NCBI RefSeq assembly: GCF_009914755.1
Contig: NC_060926.1
Source of the DNA: the human T2T-CHM13v2.0 reference genome, Homo sapiens
Length of the DNA stretch: 64,000 nucleotides
Strand: one strand, 5' to 3'
Shown here: one piece after another, positions 55,549 to 64,000 of the stretch
How the letters are laid out: the number at the start of each line of letters is the position of its first letter
How positions within the stretch are numbered: position 1 is the stretch's first letter
Position numbers and translations under genes: made by a program
The notes under the pieces: model-generated
Databases searched by the model: none
Seen by the model: the letters and a program-made list of their open reading frames with translations, nothing else
Told to the model about the DNA's origin: nothing

Positions 55549-58500
55549 ATGATTGGTTTTTAGTATATTCTTTTTAGCTGGGCCCGTGCATGGAGCTTAG
55601 TGTATGGTTATGTGATAGCTAATCCTCCTCGGGCTCCTCAGACACCTATCCAGGTATGTATTAATTTATCTTATCATACATTGTGTTGAGAACATTTTCT
55701 TCTGTTCAGTCAGCCACAGCATTAGGCTACAGAGGCAGTAATTTAAGGGAGCCCCCAGAAGTGCACGTATGCACAGTCACCACCCACACATTCACATACT
55801 TGTGCAATGCACATGATCACACAAATATGGCTTTTTTTGTATTATCTCTCATTATTCCTAATAAAAAGTTGAACCCATGGGCGGTACTTCCTAAATATTT
55901 AATGTTTTTTTTTTTAGCACTAGCATCTAGCATGTGCAAATACTGCATACACATGGATCCAGAAAACTAAATTAAATGAACATAGAAAGGAACATATAAA
56001 TTGTTTTTTTTTTTTTTTTTTAAATAAAGAGTAGGTAGGTGGGATGAAATAGTGAGTGTGGGCAAATGGGCAAAGGATGCAGTCTGGTAGGTGTTAGAGA
56101 CAATGGATTCCTGGGAGAGTGTGGAAAGTACAGAAATTTGTAATCTGTATAAGAGTTGTCAGAAAGTACATGGAAGATTTCTACTATCTATGCTTTTAAA
56201 AAATATTTAGAATCATTTATTCAAATTTTCTGGAGACTACCGCAGAGTTAAACCATGAGGCGAGGTTCTCTGTAAATTTATTAATGATTAATCATGATGG
56301 TCCCAAGTTTCCCAATTGTGCAGAGCCAGCTTTCCAACAGATTCCCTTTACAGGAAAGATGCATAACTGGGAGATTGCATAAACCAGCCAGACGTCTTCA
56401 GGGAATTATGGGTAGGCAGTTTTCTTTTTAAGTGGCTTATAAAGCATTTGAAGAATGCCATTGTGGAGCAGAGAGCACATGCCCAACCATTGCCTTTTTT
56501 TGGGAAGTTGGCACATTCTTGTTTTGAGTTGCTTGTACCAACGGGCTTCACTGTGTCTCCTAGGGTTCCTGGGGGGCTCCAGGAGTCTAGGTGCTGGGGT
56601 CAACCAGTGACTCACTCAGAGCTTGAGCCAGTTTCCAGTCAGATGACTCCAGGGAATGGGAATGGGGATGGGAGCAAGAGTTGGGTTGGGGGTAGGTAGA
56701 AAGTAGAAATTAGAGATAGGCCTTCAAGGAAATTCCAGTTTGCTTTCCCCATTTTCAGAGTCTCTGGTTTGGCTCAAACTCCCAAAGTGTCTCAAAGACC
56801 CTTCTTCCTTTTATTCTGGAGCTACTTAGAACCCAAACTCTTCCCCTTTTCAAGCAAGGGTTAGCCAGAACTGTCTATCAGACCTGTCCAGCATCTTACC
56901 CTGAAACCCCTTGGGCAATGCTGAGGCCCTGCATTCCTAATACAAAAGGGAGCGCAAATGGGTGGGTGTGTCCTTTTTGGCTCTTGTTCCCCTCCACTTT
57001 GCTCTTTTGCGGTCAAAAAGTCTTGCACAGCAGTTACTTAATGCCAAGCTGGCCCAGCTGCAGCTAATTTAATCACTCATCTGTTGAGTGAGGTACTATT
57101 TTCATTTTGCACTTGGGGTAAACTGAGGGCAGAGATCTTTAATTATTTTATTTAGCACCAGAAATGGACTCTGATAGATATAGGATGAAACATTTGGACA
57201 CTCTTTTGTTTGCTTTCCATTTGAAACATGATTCACTATATTATATACTGCTTCCTGTGCCCTAAATTAGTATAAATTTAAATTTTAGCTACTGCAACCT
57301 TCTCTTCAAACTAACTACTAATTCCTAGAATAAATACTAGTGATTTCAAATGAAACCTTTTCAATTAATGAGCAAGTGGCAAGGAGTTGTAATTGTTTAA
57401 ATAAAAATTATTTAGAAACTTGAAATACCGTATTTTGTCTTTTTAAAAATACCAGTGGGTGTTTAGGCCCACGTAAAGAGAGTACATTGCTAGGCCCTGC
57501 AGCGCATACCTCACACCGGGACAGTAAAGACAAAGGGCACCTGAAATGTACATGGCTCTCTTCAGGATGCTTTGAGAAACCAGAACTTAAGTAACGGTTA
57601 AAGTAGAGACTCCAAAGTCAGACAGACCTGGATGTGAATCCAGCCTCCAATACTAAGTAGCTGGGTATTCTCTTAGCCTCCTTTTTGTCACCTTTTACCC
57701 AGGCATGAGGATAGTATCCACTTCACAGTTTTGAGGATTAATTGAATTAAAACATGTGTAATGAGACTACTGTCTGGCATACACTACTCTATGGAGTCAG
57801 TGCCCAGCGAATGATAGCTCTTCCTAGCTCAGCCAACCCTGCACCGGGCTTCTTCCTAAGTGCTGTTATGCACATAATCTCATTTCATTTCCCTACCAAC
57901 CAGCCAGGTAATGCTCTTCCTCGCACACTAGAGCAGTGTTAGTTGAACATTTGAATTTTTAAGCATCTTGACTGAATATGACACTGCATTGGTGACATTT
58001 TGATAGCTGTCACTGCATGGTTTAGTTCCAGCATCTTTCAGCACATTCAGAAGCATCAACCTTTACATGTTGGGGCTTCTCCAACAGCAATTATAGCCAC
58101 AAGTGGAGAAAAGCTATACATGTTCTCATAAAATATCATCGAGATTTGTGTCATAGGCCTCTAGTGACAAAGACATGTTTAACTGCTAGATGTCAGTTTT
58201 TTTCCCCCTTTCAGATAAAATTAAACTGTGGAGTTACCATTTAATCCACAAGTGTAAGAATAAATTGGTTTTTTAGTCCCAATTCTGTAGAAAATCAAAA
58301 CTAGTACCAAATATTTTTATTTATAAACATTTTTATTGTGGGTGTAGGCATATCTGTGTGTAGACAGATAGAATGAGGTGCCCCCCGAAAAAAGACGGTG
58401 GTGTCATCTTTTGTGGCCAGCCTAGTGAAATCCTCACTCTCCTCAGATGCCTCCCAGCCGGCAGCCACCCTGCTTCCCCCATGACCTTCTTCTGAGTGTG

Positions 58501-60728
58501 AAGCTCTGGGTGCCAGCGCTTCTTCCAGCCAAGTCAGCAGGTGGGTCAGGATCAGCTTGAGAATTAGTTTTCTTAACAGCCCCAACTGGCCACTCTCAGA
58601 ATAATTCTGTTAAATGTGACCTCTTGTGTTATGTGGAGTAAGTCAGTAGCTGGCTATCAGGGAGACTTTAGAGACCCAGAGAGCTTTATGCCTAAGGGGA
58701 GAAAAAGAACATTTTTCTTGTCTTGAGGCAGGTCACAGAAAATGTACACATGGTGCTGGGGACAAAGGTCTAGGAGAAAAGCAAAAGGCAGTCACCCCTG
58801 CCAGATATCTAATAGAATGCCAGAGTTAGACATGAATGCCATAAGAATAATGAAAAACTGAGAGCCATGGGCCTTAGGAAGAGAAAATGGAGTAAATCGG
58901 ATGATAGAGCAAGAGAAGTTGTGAACCCAGCCAGAAAGAAAGGTAAGGGTGAGGCAATCTGTCCCCATCTTAACACAATGTACTCCTAAGGGTGAGACTT
59001 GTGTAAGATCGGCTGGGCTGATGGAGCTGGGTCAGAGGCCTCAGAATTGGACTCACGTGGCCCAAGGCTCTAAGGTAATGTGATCTATCGTCATGGAGAT
59101 GAGAATTGAGGCCATCCACCCCTTGTGGGTGTTTTCCTCAGGGCACTGCCCATTGCACATTGCTAGATCATTTCCATCTGGCTTCATCTCTAGGCCCACT
59201 GCTATGCACCTCTTAGAAACTATCAGGTGGTACTGAAAACTGAAGATGAATTTTCTCATGGAGTTCTCTTCTTAGAAACTCCTAGACTCAGTGACTGATT
59301 GCAAAAGGCACATCTGGCACAAGAAAACAGACTCCTACAACTTGTTGCACTTAACATCTTGATACCAAGGATCATAGGGATGGAAAGACAGTGCTAATCC
59401 CCATAAACGTGTGGTGTCTGGTCACTTCTGTGCATTCCGTGCAGTCAATAAAATACAGTGTTGATGGAACCCAGTGCAGGTGGAGTAGGGCAGTTCCACA
59501 TGTGCAATTGGTATTTGCTCTTCTTCCCTTCAGTGTGTTTTTTGTTGTGTCAAACACAACCGAATGAGAGTTGCCCCTACACCCCCACGTGGAGTTAGAG
59601 GAGTGCGTCCTGGCCTGGAATAGGTCTCTCTTTCTGGGCCACTCTGTGGGCTGTCTGAGCAGTGGAAGCATAAATATAAACCTCGGGCACATAAGGACAC
59701 ACACAGGCCGCAGAGCCTGTCAAGGGCTCTGTCATGTTCCGAGTGAACAGATGTTTATCCCACAACATTTTTTTTTTCCTTCTTGGAGTTTGTCCAATGC
59801 ATTAAAAAAAAAACTAAACTGTTTACACTAATTATTCCCTTTTGCTGCCTTTGCTTGTTTTGTTTTGCTCTTTTCTTTTTCCCATACATTAAGAGCTATT
59901 CGTGTGAGGAAATTCTGCCCAGCTGCTTTCTGGAACAGATACTTCCATAGCTTAAACCAGGAACCCTTTGTTCTTGGATCTGAGTGGAGCTCAGATTGCC
60001 TTGTCACATGTATCTTGGCGCTTCTTCCCTGAAGTTTATAGGCTTTTAAAAATCCATTTCCTTTTTACCCCAAAGATAATCAGCTTCCATAACTTTTCTT
60101 AAAGTAAATAACTCCAGATCCCTTCATGGTTTCAGATTTTCCCGTATGCTTCAGTCAGGATTTTATTCAGCAATCATTTATTAAGTACATTCTTAAGTTT
60201 GGTGAGTACCATACCACTGTACTAGGTATCAAAAGAGAAACCCTTTCCCCTTTTATTGGTTTGTTCATGTTTTCACTTATTTTTTCATTTCCTTCATTCA
60301 AGAAATATTTGTTTAGCTCCTACTGTGTCCCAGGTACGGTTCTGGGTGCAGAGGAATCAGTGATAAGCAAAAACAGACATCGTCTTTGCCTTCAAGGAAT
60401 TGCCAGTGTACTGCGGGAGAAAGACGTAAAGAATTAATTGCAATTCAGGGTGATACATACTATAATAGTAGGGTGTTCAAGTTTCTTTGAGGAATGTGAA
60501 GGGTGTAATTGGCTCTGCCTCAGGCATCAAAAATAACTTTACAGATTACTGGACATGTGAGAGGATTCTACAGAGAGAGGACAGCACATACAGAGGTGAG
60601 GAGGTATAAAGTATGGTTGGTTCGGGGAGCTTGATATCTGAATGCAAAAACAGCAGATGCAAGAGGTGAAGCTGGAAAACTAAGTTGGGTAGCCAAGTTG
60701 TTAAGGTCATTTTGCATGCCAAGTTTAA

Positions 60729-61104
<376 letters not shown>

Positions 61105-61131
61105 ACACTGAAGGCTTTTAAGCAGAGAAAA

Positions 61132-61501
61132 TGCTTTGGAAGTAAATTGTGTTTGCTCAAAATTCATATGTTGAAGCCTTAACCCCCTAGTACCTCAGAA
61201 TATAACTGTTTTTGGAGATAAGGCCTTTAAGAGGTAATTAGATTAGAATGAGGTCATCAGAATGGGCCCTAACCCAATATGACCAATGTCCTTATAATAA
61301 GAGGAAATTAGGACACACATACACACAGAGGGAAGACGCAGGGAGAAGACAACCATCTACAAACCAAGCAGGCCTCAAGAGAATCCAGCCCTGCTGACTC
61401 CTTAGACTTCCAGCCTCTACAGTTGTGAGAAAAATCAATTTCTGTGTTGAGGCCACCCAGTCTGTAGTACTTTGTTATGGCAGCCCTAGGAGGTGAATAC
61501 A
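61132..61501 (+). mobile_element. MLT1B/C-like solo LTR
   Basis: aaaattcatatgttgaagccttaacccc...tttgttatggcagccctagg..aataca. Confidence 0.85.
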
Positions 61502-61769
61502 CCAAGGTTTAAGTTTTGTAAAGATAACTAGAGTCCATGGAGGATGCTGGCTTGGAGAGAAGAGTAACTTGAAGTAGGAGATGCTGCAGTAGGAGAGTAG
61601 GAGCTGCAGAGGTCTAGGTCATGATAATAAGGTTGAGTGACCAAAAACTACTCTAGCGAGTTATCCTATCAACCAAAATAGTGAATACCACAGGAAGGAC
61701 ACATTTTGGGGGAGTAGGGGGAGGGGTGGATGCCAAACTAGTAAATCTGGATTTGGACCGCTTCACTTT

Positions 61770-62165
61770 GGTGTGTGCCCTGGATGGCTGCATCAAAATG
61801 AACTTTCTTACCTTCTGGCCTTTGATTGGGTTCAGCAACTAGAGATTTGAGGGTGGAAGGAGAGTAAGGAGGGATATGTCTCTTACCCCTGACGTCCTCC
61901 CTTCTTTGCACTGGCGTGACTGTGTTTGAGTCTTCTACCTATGGCCACAACTCCACTGGGAGCCCCGCTCATGACATTACAGTTATCTTTGGTTTGATCC
62001 CAGTGATAAGTAATGCCTTTCCTTTGTTGCCAGCCCTAGGGTGCTTCTCTATCTCTTTTTGATTTCTCTTACGCTGTTTACAACCTCATAACGAATGCCT
62101 TCATCAGACTTGCTTCCATCTCCCCTTTCAGTGTGCCATCTATTTCATGCCATGACCCTGATGAG
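61770..62165 (+). mobile_element. ERVL LTR33-like remnant
   Basis: 3' end agtgtgccatctatttcatgccatgaccctga resembles the LTR33 terminus. Confidence 0.55.
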
Positions 62166-62649
62166 TTTTAAATGCCTACTGGACACCCAGGGGGAGATAT
62201 CCAAGAGACAGTTAGAAATTTAGGATTAGGGACTTGGAAATAGATTGAGACTGGATATAGCTTTAGTGTTAACATGCTGGTGGGTGTGGAAACCATGAGT
62301 TGCCGATAATATAGTGTGAAAAGAGAAAAAGGTTCTTGATTGGAATGCTGGAGAAGATAAACTTTTCAGGAATTGACAGTTTTCTGCAGCTAATAGAATC
62401 TCACTTATGCATATGTTCTTCATTCTGATTGTGTGACTAATTCCATATGAATCATTCAGACTGAATACTTGCACCGTCACTAGTTATATAGATAGGTACT
62501 GAAGTTTGCCTTTGTCTTCAAGAAGGGACTTGGTGACCAATGAATAGTGAAACAATTTCAGAGAAAATATGTAAGTAGCATAATCAAGGAAAACATTTTT
62601 AAGCATCCTTAAGGATTTCATAAATGTATTTATTTCTAAATCTTTATTA

Positions 62650-63009
<360 letters not shown>

Positions 63010-63109
63010 CTAAGTCTGTTTGGTAGGCAACACTTTGATGGCTAAGATTTGGTTACTCTATATATTCTAAAATAGTTAACCTATATTCCCTATAAAATTG
63101 AGAGAATCA

Positions 63110-63290
63110 TGATGTTCAGATGCTAAGTGTTTTTCCTGCACTCTCATTTAATCTGTATTTCTACTCCTATAAGGTGAGTACCATTAATATCTTCCTCACT
63201 ACTGATGAAGAAACAGGCTTAGAGAAGTTAATAATTTTCTCAAGACCACACAGCTAGTAAATGTCAGAGCCAAGTTCTATTTATCTGAAT
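63110..63290 (-). mobile_element. MIR
   Basis: gatgaagaaacaggcttagagaagttaa...caagaccacacagctagtaa. Confidence 0.75.
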
Positions 63291-64000
63291 AAGAGAGTTT
63301 TCGCTAATACCTGGAAAGACTTTCTTGGACCTTCCTCATCCAAGGGCTTTTTGTTACAGAGGAACTCAAGGAGCCCAGTGGAAAGCACTTCCAACTAAAA
63401 GGTGTTCCCGTGGTCTAGACGTAGAAGCTGCCTTTAACAAGGGTCCACCAGCACACAGTGGAACCATTTTTATTATAAAGGGCCAGAACTGCCTGTGTCG
63501 AATGCATAAAATATATTCTTTCTATTCTTTGGCTAGTATAAAAGTTATAGCCGTTGTCCAAATTGAATAATTCAGCCAGAATCTGATTTTCTTGGAAGGC
63601 CCATCTCTCCTAGGCTCACTCACGTAGTATAATCAGAGGACATTTGGCACTTTCAAAAGCCATAGCCTACTTCTTCTGGAGGTCTGTGTGTGACATGGTG
63701 TGGCATCATAGGAGCTTGCCCGGTCTGCTTTGTATGGGCTGTGATCACTCCTAGTGGCTATGAATTTTTTCCTTTCATTTATGCCAAATTCTCCTCCCTT
63801 TTGAAGTTTGAAAGGCGAGGGGCATATAAAAAGGAAGTGGTTATGGCCCAAGGTCCTTTATTACCTTTTTTGTCCAATGCGTTGTTGACAGCAGTTTACT
63901 TATCATTCTTAGAGGGCCAAAAGCTTCATTCCGATCAGGTTTCTAATCACTGAAACTTCTATTTTAAATGGATTTGAAGGCCCTGCCTTTAGTTGAAAGT

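Overview
Human (primate) genomic DNA that is almost entirely intronic. The only supportable protein-coding sequence is one 110-bp internal exon on the + strand (24861-24970) encoding [36 protein letters not shown](H). I recognise this as part of BABAM2/BRE (BRCC45; BRCA1-A and BRISC complexes). It is flanked by at least 24.8 kb and at least 39 kb of intron. The rest is a dense retroelement record: about 20 Alu/FLAM copies (most with readable target-site duplications), four primate L1PA fragments, older L1M, L2, MIR, MaLR/ERVL LTRs, and microsatellites. All long ORFs in the track derive from L1, Alu or simple repeats, or are chance ORFs. I see no evidence of a new multi-gene system. The best observations are: several atypical retrotransposition structures (a tail-less L1 with a TSD, a tail-less AluY with a TSD, a twin-primed L1 inversion, a probable short 3' transduction, an Alu-in-Alu); candidate cryptic/poison exons and a recursive-splice-like site; and small template-switch-type duplications that create transcription-factor motif clusters. 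Repeat subfamily calls were made by eye and are approximate.
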